Shown: positions 41,393 to 50,399 of the stretch, in pieces
How positions within the stretch are numbered: the stretch's first letter is position 1
Layout: each line of letters opens with the position of its first letter
Source of the DNA: a virus
Taxonomy: Duplodnaviria > Caudoviricetes
Virus record (IMG/VR): IMGVR_UViG_3300021255_002065
Span: 84,095 to 148,094 of that record
Reading direction: 5' to 3' (one strand)
DNA length: 64,000 nucleotides
Program-made: the position numbers and the translations under genes
Notes under the pieces: generated by a model
Told to the model about the DNA's origin: nothing
Databases searched by the model: none
Seen by the model: the letters and a program-made list of their open reading frames with translations, nothing else

Positions 41393-42379
41393 ATGATTGA
41401 TATTGAGCAAGTAGTAATGGAATCAGAAATTGATGTATTATTGGAACAAACTTGTTTATTACAAAAAGAATCCATGTTATCAGATTATTATGTTGAAGCT
41501 GATGAAGTTACTGCCAATGATGAATCACCAAAGAATGACAATATCTTGAAAAAGATATGGGGTGGAATTGTTAGGATTATCCAGGCAATTGGCAATTGGT
41601 TTAAAAAGTTCTTTGATCGTTTCAAGAAGAAACGAAGCGATGGAAACTTTACACCGAAATATATCAAACTAGATGAGAATGGGAATTTCAAATATTGCAT
41701 GTTTCCAAAATACAATGTAACTGATTCTACATTACCAGAACATCAACAAATCGAGAGTCAATTCCATTTACTATTGTCCTTTCTGTTTGAAGATGTCATG
41801 ACATTCAATTATACAAAACATAAATTGTTTGATAATTTCTTAACTGCATTAGAGATGTATAAGAAGAATCATGAAAAACACGTGAAAGAAATCGCTGGTA
41901 AAAAATTGAATATGACCAATCCAATTGGTAAAGAACGTGATTTGATTAAGAGATACACCAAACATATCTCAAAAGATTTCAAAATGGCAGGAAACTATCA
42001 AGCTGGTAATGAGAAACTGAACAAATGGGGAAATTATGCAATCAACCAAGGTGCGGAACATGCCATGATTGAAATCAAGAGTTTGGATGAAATCAAATTG
42101 GCTGATCAACATATCATGGGTGCAATTAATGAAGCAAATGCTTGTTATAATGATTTAAGAAGTGCTCTGGGAATGGGTGAAAATCAAGCACGACCTCAAC
42201 ATTACCTGTTATCCAAAGATATTGCAAATGATGTATTACAAGTATTAAATAAGATGCTTGAATATATCAAAGACTTGACAAAGATGTATGAAATGACACT
42301 TGGTCAAGTTCGTATTGATTTAATCAACATGATCGAATATCAGAAACATCATAAACAAAACAAGAAAACTCAAAAATGA
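41393..42379 (+). CDS. Virion head protein, leader-bearing paralog family
   Basis: Leader EIDVLLEQTCLLQKESMLSDYYVE|A; helix ILKKIWGGIVRIIQAIGNWFKKFF. Confidence 0.7.
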   Translation: MIDIEQVVMESEIDVLLEQTCLLQKESMLSDYYVEADEVTANDESPKNDNILKKIWGGIVRIIQAIGNWFKKFFDRFKKKRSDGNFTPKYIKLDENGNFKYCMFPKYNVTDSTLPEHQQIESQFHLLLSFLFEDVMTFNYTKHKLFDNFLTALEMYKKNHEKHVKEIAGKKLNMTNPIGKERDLIKRYTKHISKDFKMAGNYQAGNEKLNKWGNYAINQGAEHAMIEIKSLDEIKLADQHIMGAINEANACYNDLRSALGMGENQARPQHYLLSKDIANDVLQVLNKMLEYIKDLTKMYEMTLGQVRIDLINMIEYQKHHKQNKKTQK

Positions 42380-42402
42380 TAACATCAACATTATTTATGT
42401 AT

Positions 42403-42426
42403 ATCCCCCGGCATATGCCGGGGGAT
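42403..42426. terminator. Perfect palindrome ATCCCCCGGCATATGCCGGGGGAT
   Basis: Lies between convergent genes. Confidence 0.7.
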
Positions 42427-42437
42427 TGTGATGATGA

Positions 42438-43100
42438 TTAAATTCCAAGCTGCTTTTCTTTCGACACTGGAGATGGCGGTGTCGCAACCTTGTAACCTTT
42501 CTTTGTCACAAGGTCCTCGTATACAGTGAGTTCGCCGTCAAGATATTCGAGGGCCTCTTCGAGATTGATTGCGGGCTTAACGCCATTCTCAAACAGAAGC
42601 TCACGAGTCTTGATGTTGACCTCTTTGAGACTGAACATCTCATCGAGGTCTTCTTCACGAGGGAGACCGGTCCACTGTTCGCGGGGCAGACGGATGGCAA
42701 TTGGCGCAAATTCGATATCGCCGATATTGCCGGTATACACCCAGCCTGCAATCAGTGTGAATGTTTCGGCTCTAACATCGTAATCATCCACTGCAATTAC
42801 GATTTCGCGCTTACAGCCCATGTGGGTATCAAGAAGGGGGAAATGAATTCCTACCTTGTTGATGAAGTACTCATAATGGGTATCTGTAATTCCAGACTCC
42901 GGAAGTTCCTCACACAGAATTGAATTGGCTGTAAGAAGATTGACGATTTCAGCCATGATATTCTCAAGGTTGATTTCTCTGATTTCAGCCTCGGCCTGCA
43001 AATACTGCTGCCATGCAGTCTTCAAGCGGAAGTCTGTCTCTGCCTTTGTAATCTTCATTGCTTCTGTCAATGTTTTGTCAAATGTTTTCGATGCTTTCAT
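42438..43100 (-). CDS. Hypothetical (probable early) protein
   Basis: AAGGAGG RBS; higher GC and different codon usage from the structural genes. Confidence 0.7.
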   Translation of the reverse strand: MKASKTFDKTLTEAMKITKAETDFRLKTAWQQYLQAEAEIREINLENIMAEIVNLLTANSILCEELPESGITDTHYEYFINKVGIHFPLLDTHMGCKREIVIAVDDYDVRAETFTLIAGWVYTGNIGDIEFAPIAIRLPREQWTGLPREEDLDEMFSLKEVNIKTRELLFENGVKPAINLEEALEYLDGELTVYEDLVTKKGYKVATPPSPVSKEKQLGI

Positions 43101-43124
43101 AATCAATTCCTCCTTGGAATGTAT

Positions 43125-43152
43125 GCTCGGTTTCTCAAGACATGAGCTGGTC
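43125..43152 (-). ncRNA. Putative H-type pseudoknot, copy C (GAC-CA-GCTC-AT-GTC-TTGAGAAACC-GAGC)
   Basis: P1 GAC/GTC; P2 GCTC/GAGC, a compensatory swap relative to copy B. Confidence 0.55.
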
Positions 43153-43166
43153 TTATGTTTATGATT

Positions 43167-43192
43167 GAGCAGTTTAACGACTTACTCAGGTC
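43167..43192 (-). ncRNA. Putative H-type pseudoknot, copy B (GAC-CT-GAGT-AA-GTC-GTTAAACT-GCTC)
   Basis: P1 GAC/GTC; P2 GAGU/GCUC. Confidence 0.55.
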
Positions 43193-43220
43193 AGATCCAA
43201 CAGTAAGAATAAGTATCTTT

Positions 43221-43373
43221 TTACTGCCGGATAAGATACTGTGTAATATACATGCCGTTCAATAATTTGACAGCTTGTATATTAGATGCAACAGCATCTT
43301 TGTTTTGGGACTGGACTTTGTTTTGTATTTGTTGTTTGAGCAAGTCCAGTTCTTTGTCTGAAATTTTATGCAT
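43221..43373 (-). CDS. 50-aa hypothetical protein
   Basis: AGGAGGT RBS; MHKISDKELDLLKQQIQNKVQSQNKDAVASNIQAVKLLNGMYITQYLIRQ*; below the ORF-track cutoff. Confidence 0.65.
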   Translation of the reverse strand: MHKISDKELDLLKQQIQNKVQSQNKDAVASNIQAVKLLNGMYITQYLIRQ

Positions 43374-43399
43374 GTGGATCACCTCCTAAATGCAGACAT

Positions 43400-43423
43400 G
43401 AGTGGGCCCATATGGGCCCACTC
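43400..43423. promoter_or_regulatory. Perfect palindrome GAGTGGGCCCATATGGGCCCACTC
   Basis: Member of the palindrome family, upstream of the small - strand gene. Confidence 0.55.
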
Positions 43424-43442
43424 TTATTCGGATAAAAATAAT

Positions 43443-43468
43443 AAACCTTTTAACGACATGCTCGGGTC
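43443..43468 (-). ncRNA. Putative H-type pseudoknot, copy A (GAC-CC-GAGC-AT-GTC-GTTAAAAG-GTTT)
   Basis: P1 GAC/GTC; P2 GAGC/GUUU through two G-U pairs. Confidence 0.45.
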
Positions 43469-43530
43469 GGATGAAAAAGCGTCCGGCAGACGCTTGGTAA
43501 ATTAAGAACATAAATTTGAATACGATCTTA

Positions 43531-43552
43531 ATTCATATAAATGATATATATA
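43531..43552 (-). promoter_or_regulatory. Candidate phage-RNAP promoter TATATATATCATTTATATGA
   Basis: Matches TATRTATATnATTnnnnTGA seen at 54925 and 62382; followed by a hairpin. Confidence 0.45.
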
Positions 43553-43633
43553 CCAAAAAATGAAAAAATGCAAATTTTGTATGCTACACCGGAAAACCGG
43601 GGATTAACTTATATTTCGAAAGGAGTCTATAGC

Positions 43634-44566
43634 ATGGATCATATGATAAAAACAACCCAACAATGGAATGCAACATCCATGATTGGATATATCATTCCAA
43701 GTGGTACATTATGCATTGAGATTGTGAATGATCAAGATTTTCGAGCAAAGGTTGGTGATGGTAAACGATCTTATCGGAATCTTCCATATTTGACACATAG
43801 CTACTATCAAGAAGAAACTATTTTTTCTAACACGGAATCTTCATTAAAACATCTGGAATCATTAATTGGTGATAAAGTTGACAATAACACATTCGATGAT
43901 GCAATCGCTTCATTACAAGAAGAAATTGCAAATATAGATTTTTCAAAATATGCAACAATTGAAAACGTGGAATCATTGGAAGAAACAGTTTCACAATTAA
44001 ATGTAGAATGTGATAATCGATATGATGAATTGAATACTAAGATTGATAACATTGATATTGATGTTGATTTATCGGATTATGCAAGGAAAGAGGAATTGCA
44101 TGATCATGATAATAAACTCATATTGGATGAAACAACAGCATCATTTACGATCGAATACAAAGATATTTTGGATCATCTAGATATTAAGATATACACAGAT
44201 TTTACCGGTGCAACATCAACTACAGATGGTACAAGTGGATTAGTTCCAGCTCCATTAAAAGGTGATCAAAATAAATTCTTACGTGGAGATGGCACGTGGG
44301 TATCAATTGATATTACACCACCAACACCTTCTGGAGATACCATCACATATATCAGTGGACGTGATATTTCCATTACAACTGTCAGTGATAATGTAAAAAG
44401 AATCGATTACACAGGTATTGTTAGTAACTATACCGTCAAACGAGATGATGTATGGGTACTAGAAAAATCGAGTTCCAATCAACAAAAAGAATCATTGGAT
44501 TTATTGCAATATCTTGATGTGCTAACATTAAATGTTGGATTTAATGAAAATGATACGAACCCTTAA
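43634..44566 (+). CDS. Fibre-related protein with an Mtd_N/hyaluronidase-type N-terminal domain
   Basis: Start MDHMIK after AAGGAG. TTQQWNA..IPSGTLCIE..KVGDGKRSYRNLPY, coiled coil, GLVPAP..FLRGDGTW motif, C-terminal LTLNV. Confidence 0.7.
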   Translation: MDHMIKTTQQWNATSMIGYIIPSGTLCIEIVNDQDFRAKVGDGKRSYRNLPYLTHSYYQEETIFSNTESSLKHLESLIGDKVDNNTFDDAIASLQEEIANIDFSKYATIENVESLEETVSQLNVECDNRYDELNTKIDNIDIDVDLSDYARKEELHDHDNKLILDETTASFTIEYKDILDHLDIKIYTDFTGATSTTDGTSGLVPAPLKGDQNKFLRGDGTWVSIDITPPTPSGDTITYISGRDISITTVSDNVKRIDYTGIVSNYTVKRDDVWVLEKSSSNQQKESLDLLQYLDVLTLNVGFNENDTNP

Positions 44567-44607
44567 CCTTTGATTACAAATTAATTATTTCCAAGGAGGA
44601 ATTCATC

Positions 44608-45024
44608 ATGAAAGAAAATAATATCATTGAAACAACGGTTGATGAGAATGTCAATTCTCAAACTGAATTTGAAGAAGCAACAATTGATGTGGCACTGACA
44701 AGTGGACAAAAGGAATCTATCAAAATTCAGTATCAAATCTCAGACGAAGTGGTACAGAGAGTCATTAATGAATCTGACCAGCTTGTACAACTGTATTTAG
44801 ATTATAGAATATCGGATGTTGATGCAGATGATTTTAATGACACATCAAAATCCATATACAATACATGTTTGGGATATCTGGTGAATCTCAAAACCGATAT
44901 GTTTCGATATGCCGGGTTGTCAGTTGGAGGATGCTTTGAAAGAGTGGTACTGGATGCGATTATCATTTCCCGAGCCATTCGCAATTTCATCATCAATAAA
45001 TCTCAAGAAGAAAATCATGAATAA
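44608..45024 (+). CDS. Hypothetical protein, paralog of 50400-50801
   Basis: Shares VVQ..I..D..VQL.L and DA.IISR.IR motifs. Confidence 0.65.
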   Translation: MKENNIIETTVDENVNSQTEFEEATIDVALTSGQKESIKIQYQISDEVVQRVINESDQLVQLYLDYRISDVDADDFNDTSKSIYNTCLGYLVNLKTDMFRYAGLSVGGCFERVVLDAIIISRAIRNFIINKSQEENHE

Positions 45025-45034
45025 TCAATATAGA

Positions 45035-45054
45035 CCGGGGCCATATGGCCCCGG
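45035..45054. terminator. Perfect palindrome CCGGGGCCATATGGCCCCGG
   Basis: Lies between convergent genes. Confidence 0.7.
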
Positions 45055-45064
45055 AATTATTATA

Positions 45065-45457
45065 TCATTCATTTGTTGTTTCATTGTTGATATAACTGTC
45101 AACAGCATCCATGATGTCACCGAATAATGCAAAGATGGCATTCCGTTTTGCACGGGGCATTGTATAATAATCTTCTGATGTACTACCATCCAGATTTACC
45201 GTGAGATTTGCATAACGAACACCGGTGTCTGCATTATCAATATAAATGAAGATGGTACCAATGCCTTCTGCATAGTTTTCATTTGTCTGAATGGCATAAC
45301 GCAAACCACCATCAATCACATTAAATTCGGAATAACCATTATACGTTGTTGGTGCAATTGCTTCATCTACAACATTCACAATCAAATCAAAAATGGTATT
45401 CTGAGTGGTTGAAAATGTGATCATGCGATCCATTCTTTCTTGAATTTCCTGTCTCAT
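45065..45457 (-). CDS. Hypothetical protein
   Basis: 130 aa with AAGGAGG RBS. Confidence 0.65.
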   Translation of the reverse strand: MRQEIQERMDRMITFSTTQNTIFDLIVNVVDEAIAPTTYNGYSEFNVIDGGLRYAIQTNENYAEGIGTIFIYIDNADTGVRYANLTVNLDGSTSEDYYTMPRAKRNAIFALFGDIMDAVDSYINNETTNE

Positions 45458-45493
45458 ATAGAGACCTCCTTTATCTAAAATTTATTTTCGAGT

Positions 45494-48418
45494 TTACATG
45501 ATAAACATAATATTGAAAATCCACGTATTATTGTTGAATGTTGAACCATTATTTGATAACAGGCTCATCGTTCCATCTGTTCCTATTTGCAACATAGCAT
45601 TTGGTGCAGCAGCACCAGAACCACCGACAGGACATACGGGAAATACTAATTGTCGTTGTAATTTTGGACGATAATCACTTGGAAGTGTTGCAAAATTAGA
45701 GAATGCACTTGTCGTTCCTGTATATCTAAAGTTTCCAGTGATTTCTACAATAGACCCATACTTTCGATATTGGATAGATGATGATGTAAATCCAGTTGTT
45801 GCTAAAGAATGCCATGAGTCCTCAGATTGGGAATCTTGCTTCACATAGTCTGCCAATGTCGTATTCAATTCTCTGTGAGATACAATTCCAAATAATTCAC
45901 ATGTACTTGAAGTAATATGTCCAGTGCCGGTTGTATAAATGGAACTACCATGACCTGCGGAATTATATAATGTCCAATCTTCATAAAACACATCACCGTT
46001 TCTTCTACTTTCATCCAATACCGTAAATGTGATGCATGAGTATCGATTAATTAATTTTACCCATATTTCCAATTCACAACTTGTCGAAGCTGTATTTGTC
46101 CAAACTGCAACGAAATTATCTGTACCGAATGCATTTCCTGTAAATGCATTTCCATCAGATGGTCTTGATCCAGATATTAAATAATCCCATGTTAAACTAA
46201 CATGCTCTTTCACTCTAGATCCACTTGTACGGAATCTACAACGAAGAATTCCCGCATTACTATAAGAAGCAGAATACTTTTCTTTTACCAAAAACGTGAT
46301 GAAGTGATCACTATAAGCCAATGTTGATTTTATCGATGCTATTTTATGCCAAGCATAATTTGCAAAGTCGCTTGTATCATCGAAACAATAACAATGTCTC
46401 AACCAATATGCTTGACCATTGAAATAATTTCCATAGATCGTTCCAGTGCTTGGGTTTGCGTATAATGAAGCATTTGTATATACCTGGTCTGTTACAGTAT
46501 CTTGTAATGCAGAAGCACCTGCAGTCGTTGATGTGTTATATCCCATTAATAATGGTCGATAATAGTTGTGACCAGCTGCAGATTGTGTTACTTTGGTATC
46601 TACCAAATCAGATGTCAATGCAATTGTACCCGTTTTATCAGGCAATGTCCATGTTCTTGCAGTCGTTGTTGCGGCAGATGTCAATGTGTTCGATGTATAA
46701 GAATCATAGGTACCATGTCTGAAAACAACATTTCCTCCAGCTGCTAAAACAAAATTTGATCCAAATATAAACACCTTTCTATCAGCAATTGTATTTCCAT
46801 TTGTTATGAGATATATCTGACCATCAGAACCGATGTATGTTTTTTCACCAGTAGACGCATATGATTCTGCATTAAATTTTGTTGCATTATAAAAATTCGT
46901 GGGAAATTCACCACTACCAATGATCATGTTTCCGCCAGACTGAATTGTCATGTTCATACCAGATGTATTAGCAGGATAACACTTGATACCGGCATTAGTA
47001 TCATGATATTCAGATTCAGATGTTGTTTGTTGAAATTTTAATTGTGGAAGATCTCCTGCGATATTAATAAAACCGGAATACATGTTATCAATGTAAGATG
47101 TTGAAAAATAATATGTTGAAGTTCCTAATTGTGAATGTCCATCGCCACGAGAACCAGATTGGTATGGTATGATTCCTTTTGATGTCGTACGAATCCAGTT
47201 TGTGTCAGTGCCATCAGGGTCTGCCATTCCATAATACGAATTTCCAGACACAGTAATCGCACCAAGATAATTAGCGTGTGTATGGTCGGATGCAGAAATC
47301 CCTAATCCAGTAATATCAGATTTTGCCAATGCTGCACCTGCTGTGACATGTCCATTTGTATCCACTGTATATTTGTAAAAACCAGCCGTTGTTTTAGCAG
47401 TAAAATTAGATGGGTGTGTATATACTGTGTCTTTGCCATAGATCGTTGTATCAGTACCACCAATCTTAAGTGTCCCAATCGTATATGATCCAGATGTGGA
47501 AGATGTCACTGTTGCCGTATATGAAGTATTTCCAGTCACAAGAAATGATCCAGTTGATGTTGGTACTGTAATGCCACCGATAGTAATACTTTTACCACTG
47601 ATTCTAGGAATGTATGTATTACCACCGTCATGTCTAAATACCCAACCTCCACTTGTATAACTGTAAATTCCTTCTGCTGTTCCACCATCTCCAACGCCAA
47701 AGTATACACGAACATTAGTATCGGATCGTTTTGCATAAAATCCAGCCGGACCAGATGATTTTGTAATTTCGAGATTTCCAGTAACAGCGGATGATCCGGT
47801 CAATGGAATATATTCTGAATGTGTATGTGTTGATAAAGAGAACGTTGAACCTTTCGTGATAGTCAATGCACCATTCTCATCTGCCGTGATTGCTGTTACC
47901 GCATTGCCACTTCCGCTAGTTGTTGCCGTTGTAATATGGTCTGTATTTGTATCTAAATCACCAATCAACTGGTAATAGGTTCCGTCATACACAAACATGT
48001 ATGTTCGGTTCGCTGCTAATACGCCAGCGGATGATAGATTTGCATTTCTATATTTAATACTCTTAGCTCCTGTACTGTTCACATTCAATGTCAAATTACC
48101 AACAGCACCAGTATTTGTTACCGTAAACCGAACAGCAATCCATGCACCAGTCACCAAGTTAAATCCAGTACAAGTAACTGTTTTAGATGTAGTAGATGCT
48201 GCTGTACTACATGTCGCATAATGAATGATATCTTTATCAAATGTCACACCATCCACTTTCTTTTTAGAAAATACAAGTGGTGTGAAATCAGTATACCACT
48301 TTTGGATTTTACCCATTTGCACAGCCATATCCTCTTTTGATGAAGATAGGTTTGCTCGAGTAGATTGGACTTTCAATGTCATATTTAACTTCACATCATT
48401 AAATGTTTTATTCGCCAT
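45494..48418 (-). CDS. Tail fibre / receptor-binding protein
   Basis: 974 aa, Thr/Ser/Gly-rich, HTH and YTHP fibre motifs, LTLNVNSTGAK module, C-terminal YRKYGSIVEITG..FATLPSDYRP domain. Confidence 0.8.
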   Translation of the reverse strand: MANKTFNDVKLNMTLKVQSTRANLSSSKEDMAVQMGKIQKWYTDFTPLVFSKKKVDGVTFDKDIIHYATCSTAASTTSKTVTCTGFNLVTGAWIAVRFTVTNTGAVGNLTLNVNSTGAKSIKYRNANLSSAGVLAANRTYMFVYDGTYYQLIGDLDTNTDHITTATTSGSGNAVTAITADENGALTITKGSTFSLSTHTHSEYIPLTGSSAVTGNLEITKSSGPAGFYAKRSDTNVRVYFGVGDGGTAEGIYSYTSGGWVFRHDGGNTYIPRISGKSITIGGITVPTSTGSFLVTGNTSYTATVTSSTSGSYTIGTLKIGGTDTTIYGKDTVYTHPSNFTAKTTAGFYKYTVDTNGHVTAGAALAKSDITGLGISASDHTHANYLGAITVSGNSYYGMADPDGTDTNWIRTTSKGIIPYQSGSRGDGHSQLGTSTYYFSTSYIDNMYSGFINIAGDLPQLKFQQTTSESEYHDTNAGIKCYPANTSGMNMTIQSGGNMIIGSGEFPTNFYNATKFNAESYASTGEKTYIGSDGQIYLITNGNTIADRKVFIFGSNFVLAAGGNVVFRHGTYDSYTSNTLTSAATTTARTWTLPDKTGTIALTSDLVDTKVTQSAAGHNYYRPLLMGYNTSTTAGASALQDTVTDQVYTNASLYANPSTGTIYGNYFNGQAYWLRHCYCFDDTSDFANYAWHKIASIKSTLAYSDHFITFLVKEKYSASYSNAGILRCRFRTSGSRVKEHVSLTWDYLISGSRPSDGNAFTGNAFGTDNFVAVWTNTASTSCELEIWVKLINRYSCITFTVLDESRRNGDVFYEDWTLYNSAGHGSSIYTTGTGHITSSTCELFGIVSHRELNTTLADYVKQDSQSEDSWHSLATTGFTSSSIQYRKYGSIVEITGNFRYTGTTSAFSNFATLPSDYRPKLQRQLVFPVCPVGGSGAAAPNAMLQIGTDGTMSLLSNNGSTFNNNTWIFNIMFIM

Positions 48419-48456
48419 ATATATTCCTCCTTATAAATCATAATAAACAAAATGAG

Positions 48457-48478
48457 ACCGCCCCATTATAGGGGCGGT
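48457..48478. terminator. Hairpin ACCGCCCC-ATTATA-GGGGCGGT
   Basis: Intergenic GC stem between fibre genes. Confidence 0.55.
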
Positions 48479-48492
48479 TGCATTATAATATA

Positions 48493-49533
48493 TTAAGATT
48501 GTGCAATCACGTTTAGTGTCAGGATATCATCAGGAATGACTGGTTCGGAACTCCATGTCCCATCTCCACGCAAGTAATGTGTTGTCGCAGTCGTTGTTGT
48601 CAATGTGGTATCAGCCGGAACCAAACCGTGTACAGCAGATGCAGATGCGGTTGGACCTGTATAGTCTGCGATACTATCGACTGGAATTGTGATATCAGAT
48701 AAGGATGTCCAAACTGCTGTACCACTCGCACTATTTACAAGCAATTGACCAACTGTACCACCAGTTGGAATATGTTTGTTACCAGCAGTCGTTGGGTGTG
48801 TATATGCTGTCACAGTAGTAGATGCCGACCCATCATTGTAAGATACCGTTAATTTACCATTTGTGCCAGCAACAACATCTTTGACACCAACGAGTGTTGG
48901 AGATGCTGCAGTAAGATTCACCCATGCCGACCCACTCCAACGATAGATATCATTTGTTCCCAGGTCTATATAAATCTTACCACTTTCTCCAGTAATTTCG
49001 GTTGTCTTTTCAGAAGTTGTATAAAACTTATTTGTCGTAGCATCATAATATCCTTCGATAGTATCATCTACATAAGATGGAAGTTGTGAAGAGGGAATCA
49101 ATCCATTTGAATCCAGTGTAACAATACTTCCAGCACCACCACTTGTACCCATGTAAATACTAACAGTTTGTGCATTACCATTGCTTGGTTTCACTGTAAA
49201 TGTACCGACACCAGAAGTGGATGTTCCATTTGTAAAGGTATAAGTTGTATCTGTAAATACGGCATTCGTTGGAACATTTACGTTGACCGTATGTCCAGTT
49301 ACTGTAGACGCATCACCACTCCATACAACCGGATGCCAGTTGTCATACCAGTTTTTGATCTTGGCTAAGGATACAGCAATATCTTCTCCATTTGTTGCAG
49401 AATCATTTAAGTTTGCAGCATGTTTCGTATTGGTATTTGACCATCCCGTTGCACTTCCATCATCCACGGTGTTCGTAACACTTGATGAAAATTTAATATT
49501 TAATTTTACTTGATTAAATGTCTTATTTGCCAT
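48493..49533 (-). CDS. Fibre protein
   Basis: MANKTFN start shared with 45494; LDSNGLIPSSQLPSYVDD, GESGKIY..YRWSGS, YTHPTTAGNKHIP and YLRGDGTW fibre motifs. Confidence 0.75.
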   Translation of the reverse strand: MANKTFNQVKLNIKFSSSVTNTVDDGSATGWSNTNTKHAANLNDSATNGEDIAVSLAKIKNWYDNWHPVVWSGDASTVTGHTVNVNVPTNAVFTDTTYTFTNGTSTSGVGTFTVKPSNGNAQTVSIYMGTSGGAGSIVTLDSNGLIPSSQLPSYVDDTIEGYYDATTNKFYTTSEKTTEITGESGKIYIDLGTNDIYRWSGSAWVNLTAASPTLVGVKDVVAGTNGKLTVSYNDGSASTTVTAYTHPTTAGNKHIPTGGTVGQLLVNSASGTAVWTSLSDITIPVDSIADYTGPTASASAVHGLVPADTTLTTTTATTHYLRGDGTWSSEPVIPDDILTLNVIAQS

Positions 49534-49561
49534 ATCTTAATCATCCTTTCTTTCAATTCAT

Positions 49562-50338
49562 TTATTCGGTTACATTTAATATTAGTCGATGAATGTCTGC
49601 AATGTTTAATACCCCATTTTCATCAATCACAAGATCTTCTCCAACTTTAACACCTCCGAGCGTATCGGATGATGCAATTGGTAACTCATAAGTATTGGAA
49701 ATTACATATTTGTCAACATCCACTTCTGGTGAGATTTCTCCATACGTTAACAATCTTGGATCGAGTGAATCTGATGTTCCTTGATAAGCGATGATTCTGA
49801 GATAACTAGTATTTGCAACTGGGTTGACACCGCCTTCATTCGTCATCCATTCCGTATGACCAACCATAGTTTGATTATCATCATAGAAAAACATCTTCCA
49901 ATACAAAGGTATTGTTTGTTGATATGTTAATGACACATTGATTGGCGTTTCATTTGGAATTGGAAGAAATCGATCTAAACGTATCACATTCTCGACAGTA
50001 TCATCTTCATATCCGGTCGTATCTGAAATACTGCCTTGCGACCATGTGAATAATGTTAAGTCAGATGAAGTGTCCACATAATCAATACTAATATTTTCTC
50101 CAGCAACATATGTCGTATCCGTAAATACTGCATCTGCTGGTACATCGGTTAATACTGTATGATTGTTCACGGTATCAGCATCGCCAGTCCATACAACTGG
50201 ATGGAAATCTGTCTTCCATTTCTGTATTTTACCGAGAGAAATTTGCAAACTTTCTTTGGATACTAGATTATCAATATGATTATCGTATTCATCAAATTTC
50301 ACATTAATCCGCACGTCATTAATCGTCTTATTCACCAT
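49562..50338 (-). CDS. Fibre-related protein
   Basis: NKTINDV start, LPIASSDTLGGVKVG motif, C-terminal LILNV. Confidence 0.7.
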   Translation of the reverse strand: MVNKTINDVRINVKFDEYDNHIDNLVSKESLQISLGKIQKWKTDFHPVVWTGDADTVNNHTVLTDVPADAVFTDTTYVAGENISIDYVDTSSDLTLFTWSQGSISDTTGYEDDTVENVIRLDRFLPIPNETPINVSLTYQQTIPLYWKMFFYDDNQTMVGHTEWMTNEGGVNPVANTSYLRIIAYQGTSDSLDPRLLTYGEISPEVDVDKYVISNTYELPIASSDTLGGVKVGEDLVIDENGVLNIADIHRLILNVTE

Positions 50339-50377
50339 TATTACCACCTTCTTGAAATAATAAAGTTAATCGAATGT

Positions 50378-50395
50378 CGGGGGCATTCGCCCCCG
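50378..50395. terminator. Hairpin CGGGGGC-ATTC-GCCCCCG
   Basis: Immediately after the 50400 stop. Confidence 0.55.
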
Positions 50396-50399
50396 TTAT

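Noticed and set aside
43125-43468. CRISPR-like mini-array
   Set aside because: Copies are degenerate and unevenly spaced, flank an ORF, and covary as an RNA structure
43634-48418. Diversity-generating retroelement suggested by the Mtd_N-like domain
   Set aside because: No reverse transcriptase and no template/variable repeat pair seen in this window; Mtd_N is a common anchor domain
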